Shown: piece by piece, positions 1 through 16,229 of the stretch | Position numbering within the stretch: position 1 is the first letter of the stretch | How the letters are laid out: each line of letters starts with the position of its first letter | Assembly (NCBI GenBank): GCA_049999805.1 | Contig: JBNGIO010003079.1 | Coordinates: 1 to 64,000, forward strand | Source: Folioceros fuciformis | Taxonomy: Eukaryota | Reading direction: 5' to 3' | DNA length: 64,000 bases | Notes under the pieces: generated by a model | Databases searched by the model: none | Told to the model about the DNA's origin: nothing | What the model saw: the letters and a program-made list of their open reading frames with translations, nothing else | Translations under genes and position numbers: made by a program

Positions 1-177
1 TCAACATCTGAAGAGATTCGAACAGATCTTGCCTTTCAACATCTGAATCTCTTCAATCGTAAGACTGTTTAAACTTAACATACATTATATATATATACTT
101 AGCATGAATTCATATATATATGGGGTGGCCAGCCCCTACATTGATATATGCGCATATCCTTGCAACAATGCACCCAA

Positions 178-610
178 ATGCCTTCCCTTGGGTGCTTCCT
201 CCCTAACATGCACACCAAGGCTAATGGTCATCATTCCACTTTTTGGTGGCTCACTTCACGAGAGATCGATGAAAGGTGCAGCTTCTCTTCTCCTCCACCT
301 GCGATGCGAGGGGGTGATCACAACGCATAGTATGTAGATGCCTCCCCATCATGTGCGAGGGGGTGATCACAACTCATAATAAGTAGATGCCTCCCCTTGG
401 GTGCTTCTTCCCCATCATGCACACCAAGGCTATTGGTCATTGTTCTACTCTTTGGTGGCTCACTTCGCACGAGATTGACAAAAGGAGTAGCTTCTCTACT
501 CCCACTCCCTCGATGCGAGTGGAACATAATATATCCCAAGGTGATGCTCCATGGAACATAATATATCCTAGGGTGATGCTGAATGTGAGTGGAACATAAT
601 ATATCCCATG
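178..610. repeat. Diverged ~209-bp-period direct duplication followed by three GGAACATAATATATCC copies; probable decayed repeat/TE remnant
   Basis: Segments starting at 178 and 387 align (atgcc.cccttgggtgctt...catgcacaccaaggcta.tggtcat...ggtggctcacttc). The short motif recurs at ~521, ~553 and ~591. Confidence 0.75.
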
Positions 611-2437
611 GTCATCACCTGACAAGTTTCATGATATCAATCCAACTATCGTCTGTGTCACGACATTGCAACCTTCTTATGAACAAAAGACCATCAAGAT
701 GCAAGTTCGTAACACAATGTTTAAGTTTTCAATGCACTATCAACTTTGTGACCAAACTGTTTTTATCAGAATCCACTAATTGTCTCTTGATCTTAAGTTT
801 CTTTAGCAAACTATCAAAAGAATGCTTGTCCATTCTTTCCCGACCCCTACATACCCGCAACATTCCGTTGCCAACTACCCAGGTGAATTTTCTCAACTGA
901 TATAAACCGTACACAAAGTTAACTACTAGATTAACTACACCCACCAACTATTCTTTCATGATAACTTTTCATCTACTAATTGCCCTAATTGCCCATGGTC
1001 AAAATGCACTGGCTCTATCTTCACCACACACTCGTTTGCCAGGACTTGTCAACTTGTACGATATCACTCTACATAGCAAGTTCACACGAAAGCAACGTTC
1101 TAGCAAACTTTCTTCGTCAACGTTCTAGCAAACTTTCTTAGTCATTCTAAAGACTTTCTAAGTCACATAGGCCACCTCGTTTGAACCCTAGTATTGCTTA
1201 TACAACATTAAGTTTTACTCACCAATTGTCTATGAGTGTCAAAGCCTTGATGAGTTAGGACTGTAACCGACAACAACATCCCTATTATCAAGGTGTGCGA
1301 GTGATTATCATGGCCCAAAGGAGTAAGTGTCAAGCCCTTGGCAAGTGAGTGTTAAGGCCCTAGCGAGCAAGTGGTAAAGCCCTAGTGACCTAGGTAGAAT
1401 TCCTATCGTCATGGCCATGGCGATCTAGCATCCGTGTTGTCAAGGTCCTAGCAAGTAAATATTAAGACCTTGGAGAGGAAGGACCCTTGTAATTGTTGCC
1501 ACACAATCCCTAATATTAAAGTCCTAGCTACTAAGCATTATGGCCTGAGCTAGATAGCACCCCAATGATCTAGGGCAGCTATGGCCCATGTCATCGAAAT
1601 AGAGTAGGCCCTAGGTTTCTTTATGACACCAAGATAAAGTAGGGTAATGTGTTATGCATGACCTTGAAGCCCAAAAGTGTGTCCGACCGTGTCGTGTTTG
1701 AGACCTCGTAGCTTTAGCTTTGTGTCATAGAAGCATGTATCCGACCCTACCTTATTTGTGAAAGTCCCCAACTTATGGCATATCAAAGAGATTAGAGAGT
1801 TTGTGCCCTTTTTCTCAAGAAAGCACACACCACTTGTGTTTGCTTTGATGTCCAAACAAATGAAACCCCTCTTGCCAAAGAAGACATGTTGTGGGTAGGG
1901 TGAAAACATGCTTGCTAGAAGAGTAAATATAGGAAACGCTCTGCCATTGAAAGCGAAACACAACAATTTTGTTTTGCTTACACGAAACACAACTCACTCA
2001 CTCACTATTCTTGCCTTTTGCATTCTAGCTACACTTCTCCTTGTGCTCCCCCCTCTTCATATTTATGCCCTCTAGATTTTCGTAGTGGGTTTGGGAACGA
2101 GGGGGTTCGCAATCCGCCCTATACCCTAAACGCAAGCATAAGTGGTAGAGATGGTAGTCATGTAGGCTATGACAATGCTACCAGTTTGGTTGTGCCTGGT
2201 GTACAAAAAGTTGCTGTGCTTTGGTATAATGATTGGTATGCCAAATGGACAACGAAATCGAGGCAATCCACATAGCATATGCAATAAAATAGGAGAGAGG
2301 TTGTGTCCCCTTGGCATGGCATGCCCAACCAACATGTGCTGTGGTTTTATGTTATCGTAGAAGCATGTGTCCAACCTCACTTTATTCGTGAAGGCCTCTA
2401 TGCCATAAACTCAGCCTTAAACAAAAAACGTCAAGCT

Positions 2438-2860
2438 GGCAGTGAGCTTTAAGGGCAGAAGCTGGAAGCCGCCCAGGCTACATCAAGAATTGCTTTTCTA
2501 CGCCCGAATCTATGCCATAGAAGCATGCATCCAACATCACCTTATTTTTTGGCGGTGAGTTTTAAGGGCAGCCTCACGGACTACCTCAAAAAATGCTTTT
2601 CTACGCCCGAATCTATGCCATAGAAGCATGCATCCAACATCACCTTATTTTTTGGCGGTGAGCTTTAAGGGCAGCCGCCCGGAGTACGTCAAAAAATGCT
2701 TTTCTACGCCCGAATCTATGCCATAGAAGCATGCATCCAACATCACCTTATTTTTTGGCGGTGAGCTTTAAGGGCAGCCGCCCGGACTACGTCAAAAAAT
2801 GCTTTTCTACGCCCGAATCTATGCCATAGAAGCATGCATCCAACATCACCTTATTTTTTA
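2438..2860. repeat. Tandem repeat, ~103-bp unit, ~4 copies
   Basis: tgcttttctacgcccgaatctatgccatagaagcatgcatccaacatcaccttatttt recurs at 2491, 2594, 2697 and 2800. Confidence 0.95.
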
Positions 2861-3406
2861 ACCCCCGAATCAGCTTGTGGTACGCTTCTTTGTCATAGAA
2901 GGGTGTGGCCACTTTGGCCCATATTCGTTTTTGTCGTGTTACATCCGTCACGATATGAGAGAAAACAAATTTACAATTCGACACTCGCTTACGTTTAAGA
3001 AACCATGGCTAATGTACGGGACCATACCACTTAAAATTCTGGAATTCTGGAGATTTAAACAAACAATTTATTTTAAGTACACTAAGGACGGAGATGGCGC
3101 AGGCCATGCCAAATGGCAATGCCATCTAGATGGTGGAGAGGGTTAACCGTGGGTGAATGAATGGGGCCCACGTCAGCAGTTCTGTTAACGTGGATGCGCA
3201 TGATGAGTGTACATGATAACTTTTGACGAGTTTGTTTGATCCAGCCATGATGAAGTACGTGACGGAACCAGCTCCGTATCAGTGATCCGATCTTAAGGGA
3301 TGGTATTACCAACAGGTGGCGGTAAGACGAAGATGACGGAGATCTGAGGGAACAGATAATTTAAATACGGCGACCTTGGACTGACTAAAACCTGGTAGAG
3401 TGAACA

Positions 3407-6400
3407 CTACTCGCTCTGAGAAGCTTCGTCATCACCTCCTTCCAGGGCAGCAGATCCATGTCCGGCCTTGTAGGCGGCCATCTGCTCTTGGTAGCGGTCT
3501 CTGGCAGCCTTTGCCTTTGCCTCATAAGGCTCCCTTTCTTTGGCTGCAGCCAACGTGGGGAAGCAGACATTCAATTACCCCATCACCCCTGTTCGAGGTC
3601 GTTTGGAAGCAAAGCAAAGGGAAAACTGCAAGGATTGTGCGCCCGTCACATGTACCTGACATATTTTTCCACCGCTCGCCCAGAATCCTCCCTACTTCCC
3701 CGAAAGAAGCTCCTGGCTTGGAGTTTTTGACACTCTAAGAAGCAGCCAAAGCGATCAGACGGGCCTTAGGGGCTACAGTAACAGAACATGACCAGGCTGA
3801 GAAAAGGATATAAGGCGCAGTGGCATAGTACCCCTCTATGTTCCATTGAAAATGACATAAAGCTTGTGAGTGCCCGCTTCGGTGCATTTGGATCCTTTTT
3901 CTTTCTTTTCTTCTTCTGCCCACCATCTCTCTCTTCCACATCCTTCTTCTTGCTCTTTGTGGGAGGTCGTGCAGATCCTTCTTTTCTTTTCTTCTCAATC
4001 TTGGATGGCCTTTCCTGCAGAGTAGACCATGGTGATGAGCACACACACGTAAGTTGGCTATCACGGCTCAACCAAGACGTCACCTCTTCCTCCTCTAGAG
4101 GACCAGCGCTTGCACTGGCACTTGCATCAGAGTCGTCGTCCTCTGAAGCATCAGTCGGAGACCCTGAATCATCCTTATCCGCCACGAAATCCTCATCCTG
4201 AAGGAATGAAAGGTTTGAATCAGAAAATGAAGAAAAGATATGCACAGCAACAGAAAACTCCAGGTTGTACCTCCTCGTCACTGTTAGCATAATCCCCATC
4301 AGCTTGACGAGCATTACGAATGCGAGTAAGATGAGGGTCTACTCCTTCATCATCAGAGCTCGCCAATGCTGCCACCACTCCACTTGTACCTTTCGTATCT
4401 CCCAGATTTAGGATATTCAGCTTCTTCGAGCTGCAGACGAACAGACATTGTCAAAAAATAAAGGACCATATGGAGACAAACCCACCAACGCCCACGATGT
4501 ACGTGACAACAGGCAGACCTGATGAAATTGAAGAGATTATGGTACTCATTTCGCTGAATATTGCGAAACTGATATTCTTGCTCGCTCTTCAGTCGAAGAA
4601 TCAAATCAAAATAGTGTGATGACATGCCAGTTGCACCTGCTGCCCCATGCCGCTCGAATTCCACGTACTCGATCTACAGGAAGGATAGCACTGACTCCTC
4701 ATTTCCCAGGAAGAGAAGATGAACTTGCTAAGGCATGCAAAGTCATCTACTTATCTCACCTCATCATGAAGAACAAGAGTAGGAGGCTTCGGCAAAAAGA
4801 AGAAGCTCTTCTCGAGTGGGTACAAATTGCCTTCCTCCGCCTTAAGAGATGCTCGAACAGCCGTACTTTTTTGACTGCTGAGAAATTTCCCTGGTCTGCT
4901 TACCTTCGTGCCAGAGAGTCCACATAGTATCTGGGCGAACACGTCGTGTGTATATCCCTGGGGGGATAAGTGACAAGGGAAGATCAATAAGTCAGTTCGT
5001 TCACCCAATTTTCTCTCGTGAATCACAAGGTTCCAGGTTCTAACCTTGTAGTGGGAACTTAGCCTATCCTTATACTTGGTGCTGAGGAGTTCCTCGGAAA
5101 TGGAAATGGGGCACTCTGACATTTCTTCAGTTGGAAACTAAACGAAGAAGGTTGTGGCTCAGGATTCCATGGTTCGAACTGAGAATGCATTGACCACGGA
5201 ATGCGCAGCAATAAAGTATCCGACCTGTAATACTATGTGCGGGTAAAATGTTTGGCCCTTTCTGATTGGAGGATCCAAGGTAATCACCACAAATGTGAAC
5301 GCTTGCGTTGGCTGTCACGAAAACAAGCAACACTGGATTAATAAAAGCAGACATGATAAGTATTGCGTTGTAATCACAGTAGTGTCCATCCACAATACAC
5401 ACACAGCACCGTCAGGACGTGGGACGTCTATACCTTCGGTAACACAAAGAGGCGAACTATGCTACTGTACTGAATCTTGAAGTCATTTGCACCCTGAAGC
5501 CTCAAGAACGATATGTGAAATTCCACCGTGTACTTGCCCCTGCAACCGTTCGATTGGAGAGAAAACTGAGAAGAGGCTCGAATGAAGTAGAACCGCTTTG
5601 ACTGTCAAATGACTTGACTTGTACCAATGAGCAATACCTTGGAGTCAAAATGCCGACTTCTTCAAACGTAGCAATAGCTTCCGCACCTGATGGCCCCACA
5701 TCGGCCATCGCCAAGATCTTATCACGAAACACCTGGAGCATTTCACGCCTTTAAGCTCTGAGCAACGCAAACCTTCAAAGAGCCATCAAATATAGAGCAA
5801 AGAAAAGCAAGAAAGCCATCGAAATTTGTTCACTCCACCTCTGCAGAAGGGCGCTCCTCATCACCGACGTACGTGGCATTGGTGTTCGGTACGTGGAAAC
5901 TCAGCTCCATAAGTGTATCTTTCTGGATAGCACGAGAGGGGTTGAAGTCAGATGAAAAAAATCACCCAGCACAGAACCCCTTCTGATCATGCATGAGTAT
6001 TCTGTACCTCATTCGCTCCAGTGGTGTCATCCACATGAAACTCCAGCACAACATCATTCTTCCCGGATATCTGTGTCTGTGATACGTCAGCTATGGACAC
6101 CTCAAAGGCGTGCTTGTCCCCAACAACGAAGGACAGAGTATTTCCTGCAACAAAGTGATATCAGTTGAGCAACAGCAAGCTGACCTCTCAGCAAAAGCTG
6201 AAGAGAAACAAATACCGTCAAGCTTGGCTTCTCCCCAATTCCGGCCCGCAATGGCCAGCTGCTTATTCTCAGGCATGACATCCATGTGTAATGACATAAA
6301 ATCATTGAGGCTCTGGACATCCTGCGAATCATTTTGAGCAGCTGGAAGACGTCAATGAATCGCAGACAGAGTGACACGGTATGCGGACCTGACAGCTGCA

Positions 6401-6750
6401 ATAGCCCGGGAAATCAACCTGCTCCCGAAACCCATTGAACTGGACATTTGAGCCTGCTTTCAACCTCAGGCCCAGCTGATAGCCTCGTGGAATCCGAGTC
6501 CACCACAGCCCAGCTAGATCAACTTTGGATACTTCCACAACCTTGCCACCTCCTTGCTTTTTCCACACGAAACCTCCAATGTGGATTCGGAACTGCCCTG
6601 AATGCTGCACAGCGCATCACGTTCCAATTGAGCCAACATAGTGATAGGGACTCTAGTACGAAATTTACTGATTAAATGGCCCACACAACTTACCTGCCCG
6701 GAGCGTCCTCCAAGCAGGATGTTGTTCACGACCGGCCCAGCGTCGCCCAT
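3407..6750 (-). CDS. SSRP1: FACT complex subunit SSRP1 (multi-exon)
   Basis: Exon peptides include [50 protein letters not shown] and [18 protein letters not shown]. An acidic tract precedes the HMG box [19 protein letters not shown]...[15 protein letters not shown] at 6750, TAG at 3407-3409. Confidence 0.95.
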
Positions 6751-7202
6751 TGTTTCTCCGGCCAAAGGACCGACCTACTCGGGGTTCGTGCTGCACAATC
6801 TCTTCCACTGCTAAGTATACAGCAATTTCCTATTATGTTTTTAATGGGTCAAATCCTTGGTCAGGACATCCCGTTCGCCGGCAACAAGTGCACACACGAT
6901 ATGCTATATTGCGGAGAGCTATCATAGCTGGCACTGGCACATGGTCGTGTGCTTCGTTGAACAACCCTTCTGGAGCGTCAGATTCCAGCAGCCTCATCTT
7001 ACATGTTTTCCAAGGAGCCTAGCATTTCCTCGTCTCGACGACAATGTCACGGTGCCCACAGCATCGGGAGATGACAATGTAGACGCTCATCATGTGAAAC
7101 TAATGCTGCGAAGCTCGTCTACCCTAGACTGTGCAGCCGAAGTCCAGGGATGACGTCTACATTGAGGCGAGCCTTTACATGGACGTCAGAAGACTTGGCG
7201 CA

Positions 7203-9277
<2,075 letters not shown>

Positions 9278-9832
9278 TCTTGCTGGATCACTGCACGGGA
9301 TCTGGAAGTCGCAAAGCAGATCTACTCAATTCCGCAGAGGAGCAATCGAGACGCTGCCCGGATCAGTCAAACCTCGAGAAGGGACTTGAAGTGGAGAACC
9401 GAAGAAAGGGCGCAGAGAGGAACGAGGCGGCGATGGTGAAGTAGCAAGCGGGAGTGCAAGAAATATGCAGTCGGAATTTGGCGCGAGTCGTGAGACGAGA
9501 CTGATCACAACGGAATAGCGCGGCGGTGTCTGGAGCAAGGCCGAAGAAAGCGAGCAGCCGTGCCACTGCCACCTTCCGCTTCCTCTGGCCTCGCCACATG
9601 GGCAGGGGTCATTGCACTCATCGCGACACGTCATTTGCGTCTCTTGTTAGTCATCTCTTTTCCGCTGTTGGACATGCAGAGACCGGGAAAAAAGAGAGTT
9701 CGAACCTGCTGACGACCAGAGAAGCTTCGGAGGACGAAAAAGATCCTCCTCACGCGAATTCTAATATGACTTTGCATGTAAAATATGAAGATATGTACAT
9801 GCCGGATTTGAGCTTCACGACTGCAATGGGAT

Positions 9833-12800
9833 CTACAGAATGAATCTCGAAACGTCGGTTTTGTGAAGGAGGTCTCCTACGGATCGCCTGACCTTCTACA
9901 CCCCAACAAGTTCGATAACAAATCGCTCTGTCAGAACTCATTGATGGACTGGATGCGCAAATGTAGAGCAAACGAGGTTGGGATGTTGGAGTGCACCTCT
10001 TTGTCGACAGTGTATGTCTGGCCCGACCTTTCGGGAGCGTGGAAGCTGATGTCTTCAACCACCCTCTCTATGACCTACACGATTAAGGAGTATAGAATCA
10101 GAAACGCTTCGCTCTCTTCATCATGCGTTTAAGATTCAGGGTGAAGTGCACTTGCCGTGTGCAGTCTCCTTGCACCGATGTTGTCCAGAGACCTATTCAC
10201 CTGATGCAATAGCCATAGAGATGGAGAAAGAGGTCAGACCTTTGAGAGCCAAGTTAGTGCATCCATGGAGAGATTTTCCTTCACGCACCTCTGCCGCAAC
10301 AACAGCAAGCTCGTTGATTGCCTCGTCGGTAAATACCAGCTCAATGTCTTCAGTCTTCATCAGGAGTTGCTGTTGCTTGATCATATTGGTCTCAGGCTCA
10401 GTCAATATACGATAGAGATCCTGAACAGGCCACCGAGTAAGAATACTTCCATCTAAATCGGCTCAGACTGCGGCGGAAGACGTAAACTGCTGGCTAGTGC
10501 ACCTCTTGAGTAAGCCCTTTAAGCTCCACACGGATGGGCAGCCGACCCTGCAGCTCAGCCAGCATGTCACTAGGCTTGCAGGCGTGAAAGGCTCCACTGC
10601 AGATGAAGAGGATATGATCGGTGTTCACATTTCCGTACTTGGTACAAACCGTGCTGGAACATCAATATGTCATGTCAGCTCAGCAAAGCACACATATTAC
10701 AGGTTGTTTACGACGAAAAATATTCTGATGGAACCCGGACAAATACCTGCCCTCAATGATAGGTAGCAAGTCTCTCTGAACGCCTTCCGAACTAGCATCT
10801 GCACCATGTCTTGTCTCGCTGCTGGTTACAATCTTGTCTATTTCATCAATGAACACAATACCATCCGACTCTGCCAGCTGCGAGGATAATTTAGCAAAAT
10901 TCCTCGGCATTTGCACTTGCTCGACAACACCACAGAAACTTGGCCCAGGAAACACCTGTCACACCCTGCCCAACGCTGACCTGAATGGCATCGTTTGTAA
11001 TCTGATCCGAGTTCAAATGCTTTTCCATCTCCATTTCAATCAGTAAAGGCCTTGCTTCCCCAATAGTTATCTCTCTCCTTTCTGTTTTGTGAGACTTGAA
11101 AACCTTTTCCATCTGCAAGAATGAATGATGACAACGAACACATCAAGAGAGAGACTACTAGATTGGCACCATCCACAAGACATGAATCGATCCCGTCTAA
11201 CCACAAAGCCACATGTGGGAGCTGGAGTCCGCTAGCATGACCTCACATCAAAGGCTAGCTTACCCTGTAGATTAATTCATTGACTGCGAAACCACCACCG
11301 CTACTCGTGATCTCCATAGGGACACGGACTCTTCCATCAGGAATATCCAGCTGAATTTTACGATTATCTATACTGCCGGACCTGTACAATTTCCTGAACA
11401 TTTCCGATGCATCTCGTGAACTGCTTCCAGAGTCACCCTGCTCGACAGAACATCACAAAGCAAACTGCTCAGAGAAGCTCGCCAGGACCCAACTCTAAAG
11501 TGACTCCTACATGTCCATACAGCAGAAGCAAATCCGCACCTCTGTTGACTGTTGTGCGCCAATCAAAGTGTCAAGGATTCGATTTTCCACTGTCTTTTCA
11601 ATCTCCTTCGCAATCCTCGTGCGCACCTGAATAAGACCATTCAGACGAAACAATGCATAAACTGCCACGATATGGCTTCCTTTTGGCCCCCGCACTCAAA
11701 AACTAACAGTGGTTGCAGCTGAGACCGTACCTTCTGCCGCTGCAAGGATATCGCATTATCTACAAGGTCCCGGATGATCTGGTCCACATCACGACCATGA
11801 AAACCAACCTCTGTAAACTTTGTGGCCTCCACCTGCAATCACAAATAGTTCCAATCAAGAAGATGAACAAGAATCACTTCGACTAAATGGGCTGACTGTT
11901 CTGCGGATAAGCAAGAGCTGCTCTGCTATGGTGACACCCAGTGCGGGAGGATGTACATTACTTATCGACTAGATAGCTGTACCTTCACGAACGGCGCATA
12001 GGCCAATTTAGCTAACCGCCGGGCAATTTCTGTCTTTCCACACCCCGTGGGACCAATCATGAGAATATTTTTGGGCACAATCTCCCCCCTGAGATGCACA
12101 GGAACTTTGTGCCGTCGCCACCTGTTGCCTGTCAAGCATCAGATCAGCTATGAGAGCCTCCACATGTCACAGGGAAACTAGGAGTCCACAAGCATACTCA
12201 CACCTTCTGCAGATCGGCTGGAGGGGTAGGGGTTGTACAGACAAGCTAAGTAGTGGCTTTCACATCTGCTCACATGCAAGCACATTCCGGATGCAGTGCT
12301 AAGCATGACAACAGTGTAAAGATCACCATACAGAGTGACCTACACATTTGTGAAGTACATCACACAAGAGGCAGCGGCAAGGCTTGGAAGCGCGTACGCA
12401 GAGCCACTGCCACCGCGCGTTTGGCTTCAGTTTGGCCGACAATATACCGGTCCAGCATCTCCACGACTTTTGCAGGAGTCAGTGCATCCGCCCCACTATC
12501 ATCTGCAGCCAACGTGCACCCTCTGAAAACCTCCACATCCAGAGAGAATCACACACTCCACCACACCACAGCTGGGGCTCAATCCCACGCAGTACCTGAA
12601 AAATCCGCGACCGAGGCCCCCTCCACAACAGGGAAATCAGCATGATCAGGCGTTATCAGCACAGTCCCATCGACCTGCGCAGATCTGCAGCGCAAGGCCA
12701 CTGTCAACTACGATTCCAATCATACAGACACCCTAACCGGCACCGTCCCCCACATACTCCGTCCACAAACCCCATGCCACATCCACAAAACAGCATTCTC

Positions 12801-13031
12801 CAAACCTAATCCCAATTTCACAAGATCCACACGCAAGGTCCAGAAAGCCACTAACGTCGATAGCCGATGGATGTCACACAAGGACGCCGCAGGCAAGAAC
12901 TGCAGTGGAGCAGACGCGGCATGGCACCCTCCAGCCCTGGTGCTCACCCGCTGTCCGGGGATACGAGAGCCAGCCACGGCAGCGGCTACTGAGCCACGCA
13001 ACCGTAGCCTGCGAGCCACCCCCATCATCAT
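9833..13031 (-). CDS. hslU: HslU/ClpY AAA+ ATPase subunit of the HslUV protease, probably organelle-targeted (multi-exon)
   Basis: [86 protein letters not shown] and the C-terminus DVSRFIL*. The N-terminus is Arg/Ala-rich ([18 protein letters not shown]). Confidence 0.93.
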
Positions 13032-13904
13032 TTTCCCCAACCTGATCCCTGTCCTGCTCCGCAGCTCCAGCCTCCAAGCCCGTCACAACCTCCCGCATCC
13101 AACGTCCCACGGCACCAACTCCTCTGCACAGATCTGCATGCGCACGGGATTGGAATTTGCTCCCGCGACCGAACCGGAAGCAAGGCGAAAGTGCGCAAAT
13201 TGCCAAGTCGACGCAACACGGGACTCCTGCTCGCGATCCGGTCCCTTTGTTCCCGCAACGCAAACCTCCAGATTGCACAAAGCCGAGCCCAGAGGCGACC
13301 TGCACCCCCCTTGGACGCTGGAGATGGACTGGAATTCTTGGCACGGTCCCCCAGCGAGCCAGCGCCCGGCTCGGATCCGGGACGACACCCAGATACTTTC
13401 GTGGCTCGCCCTTCCTACTCGCTACAGTACCAGCTTTTATGTATCGCGCTTTTCTCAGCCCACACGAAACCTGGAAAGGCTGCAGGACTCCAGGTTTGCC
13501 ATCCGGAACTTTGCCCAGGAGTGTTGAATCCGGTTTGAGATTCGGGACGTTGTCAAGCTCCAATGGTCATGAATCTTCAACCTTCTATTTATTTATTTAT
13601 TTGAGAAAATAAGATGAAAAACCCATCTACCCTTGAAGAGGGAGATAAATTATGATAGGAATACAAAAAGCTAACTCCTGAAGCTATTTGGATATATATA
13701 ACATTTGCATAGTTATTCTATTATATGTATATATTATATGTTTATGCAAAGGTCTTATGTGAGTATTTCTGTTGCTGCTCTATTCAAGATACGTGTGTTG
13801 TATATTTATGCAAAGCTCCAAGAAAGAAGAGTTTGTATAGGGATTGTGTGGGCAAGATCTAGAGGGCAATAAGGGTAGACAAGCGTGCCATGCAGAGGGC
13901 ATAG

Positions 13905-14147
13905 GCAACAAGAATGGTGCAAGTGAGCAAATGGGCCACCAAGAATAGCACAAGCAACAAGAATGGTGCAAGTGAGCAAATGGGCCACCAAGGATAGCAC
14001 AAGCAACAAGAATGCTGCAAGTGAGCAAATGGGTCACTTAGGGTAGCACAGGCAACAAGAATGGTCCAAGTGAGCAAATGGGCCACCAAGGGTAGCACAA
14101 GCAACAAGAATGGTGCAAGTGAGCAAATGGGCCACCGAGGGTAGCAT
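13905..14147. repeat. Tandem repeat, 49-bp unit, 5 copies
   Basis: gcaacaagaatggtgcaagtgagcaaatgggccaccaag..tagcacaa starts at 13905, 13954, 14003, 14052 and 14101. Confidence 0.95.
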
Positions 14148-15619
14148 GGGCAACTATCATAATACTCTTCAGTATTGGTGTCCTACACATCTAAGTATGA
14201 TCTTCAATTAACAATCCTTCTATGCATTTGGTGGCTACGTTGGCCACCAAATGCACCCGGGTGGGTTAAATCATGCATTCAAAACCACCAATGACCGTTA
14301 TTGGGTTTGAACACTCTAGGCAATAGCATAGCCTTCTTCATTGCCTTCAAACCTCATTGCCCTGTGAGAGCTAAGATAGAGGCCACTAACGTGCTCCTTT
14401 GCCCACTTACATACCTCACAAAGCATTTGGATAGTTAGGAGCATCATATTGTTTCGCACTTGCTTTGAGCACCTGCTTTCTTCTGCACAAGCAAGCAAGT
14501 TATGTGTGAACTCCCAAATTTTTGGACCAATAAGTGTTGAAGATCCTCAACTCCCATTGCTTGACCAAGTCTTTTGCCCCCTCTAACCATAGGGAGAAGT
14601 CAGCATAACTTTGTGCCTAGGTCTACTCCTTGGATTCCAATTGCTCACCTTCAGAACCCAAGCGAAAGCCATGACGTAAGTGTTAAAGAAAATCGTGCAA
14701 CAACGGTAGCAACAAGGTGACAAGAGAGCTAGAGCATGAGCAAGCTCAAACACAACAACTTAAGAGAGAACTTAGAATGTTGAGGTGCATGTGGGTAGTA
14801 ATTAATTGATGGGTGGTAACCAGGTAACGGTTACTACTCAAAGCCTTAGACAATTATTCCATGGTTCACAATAGTTGTTAATGCATGATTATTCCATAGT
14901 TCATGTTAGTTGTCATGCCTCAAACAATTATCCCTTTACCATCCACATTATTTTGGTGGAACAAACTACCAAGGAGAAGAAAGAACGCGGAGCTAAGAGA
15001 GGCTTGCTAAAGGCATGTAGTGGACCAAGAGTAGTACACAAGGGAGCACAACTGGATGCACGATGCATAAAGTGACCTTGGTAAAATATTAATTGAGGCC
15101 TCCAAGCGTTTTCAGAAGCTAGAGATGTGCTACAAAGTCCTATAGAGGTGTTAGAGAAGCTCGCCGACCAGGAAGCAAGGATATTCCAAGTGCATGTTGT
15201 GAGCCTATACCACTAGAACAATGCCATATAGTTGCAAGAGCAAATTAATGATCTAGAGGGACGAAGTGACCAGCTTTGAGCAGAAATTGTGACTAGCTTT
15301 GAGCAGAAAACAGAGATAGAAAACCGATGACCAAGAATGAGTGAACGTCAAGAGTAGAGGGCTGCGACAACACAACGCAAATTTCAAGACACTCATTCTC
15401 TGTGATTGACTTTAGCCTTCAGAGCCAATAAAGGATAACAACGCCCTAATAAACTCATATGACTTTGTGTTAGGGAGTTGTTTATTATATTAGTAGCAAA
15501 CAAAGAAGAGGCTACACATTAAAGCAAAGGCCAAACAAAATGATCTGATAGTTATAAAGGAGTTGCATCAAGAAGTTGCTTGACTTGCACTTGTTGTTAG
15601 TTTGAAAACTACATTGACA

Positions 15620-15800
15620 TATGCTCTTTACAAAACAATGGATACGCGTTGTCATTAATTTATATTAAATAAAATAAAATAAAATAAAATAAATATATAA
15701 AATTTAATTAACATACTCTTTGCAAAAGCAATGGATACACGTTGTCAAAAGAAGTCAATTTATATTAAATAAAATAAAATAAAATAATTATATAAAATTT
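15620..15800. repeat. AT-rich direct duplication containing (TAAAA)n
   Basis: ctcttt.caaaa..caatggatac.cgttgtca...aatttatattaaataaaataaaat occurs twice. Confidence 0.8.
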
Positions 15801-16229
15801 ATGAAACTGATAAAAAAAAGGAAAGAAAATCCCATCCGACCCTTACCTTATCACGAGAATCTACCACAAGAAGGCCAAAGAGCCAGGGGGCTAGTCCCAC
15901 GAATGCCCATGAATTAAATTAAAATTCGTGACGCGAATCGTGGATGAGAATCCCGCTTGCTTAGGTTTGTATATGTACATACATACACGTATCTTCCTTC
16001 GTACTGGTTGTCAAGTGTATGTGATATTGCGCCGATTTGACCATCGACGACGCACAAATGGCGTTCATAAACTGCGTGTGTGGGCAGGCGACGAGGAAAT
16101 CCTGGCAGATAACGCTGGCCACTTTCTCCTGAAGTGTGGCCAGTCGAGCCCAGTCCAATCCAGTGCATTGCAGTCCAGTCCAGGCTGGGCCCCGGGGGAA
16201 CGGTGAGGCACGATCTCGTGGGAGTGGCT

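Noticed and set aside
620-1700. Possible transposon protein remnants in AT-rich islands (also 14200-15600 and 37100-38900)
   Set aside because: I could not recognise RT, integrase or transposase motifs or termini, so no mobile element is called.
2438-2860. CRISPR-like appearance of the 103-bp array (also the 49-bp and 93-bp arrays)
   Set aside because: Whole units repeat with no unique spacers, there are no cas genes, and the context is eukaryotic.
9833-13031. Bacterial contamination or recent HGT as the source of hslU (and der)
   Set aside because: Both genes have many spliceosomal introns and N-terminal extensions and sit among plant genes.
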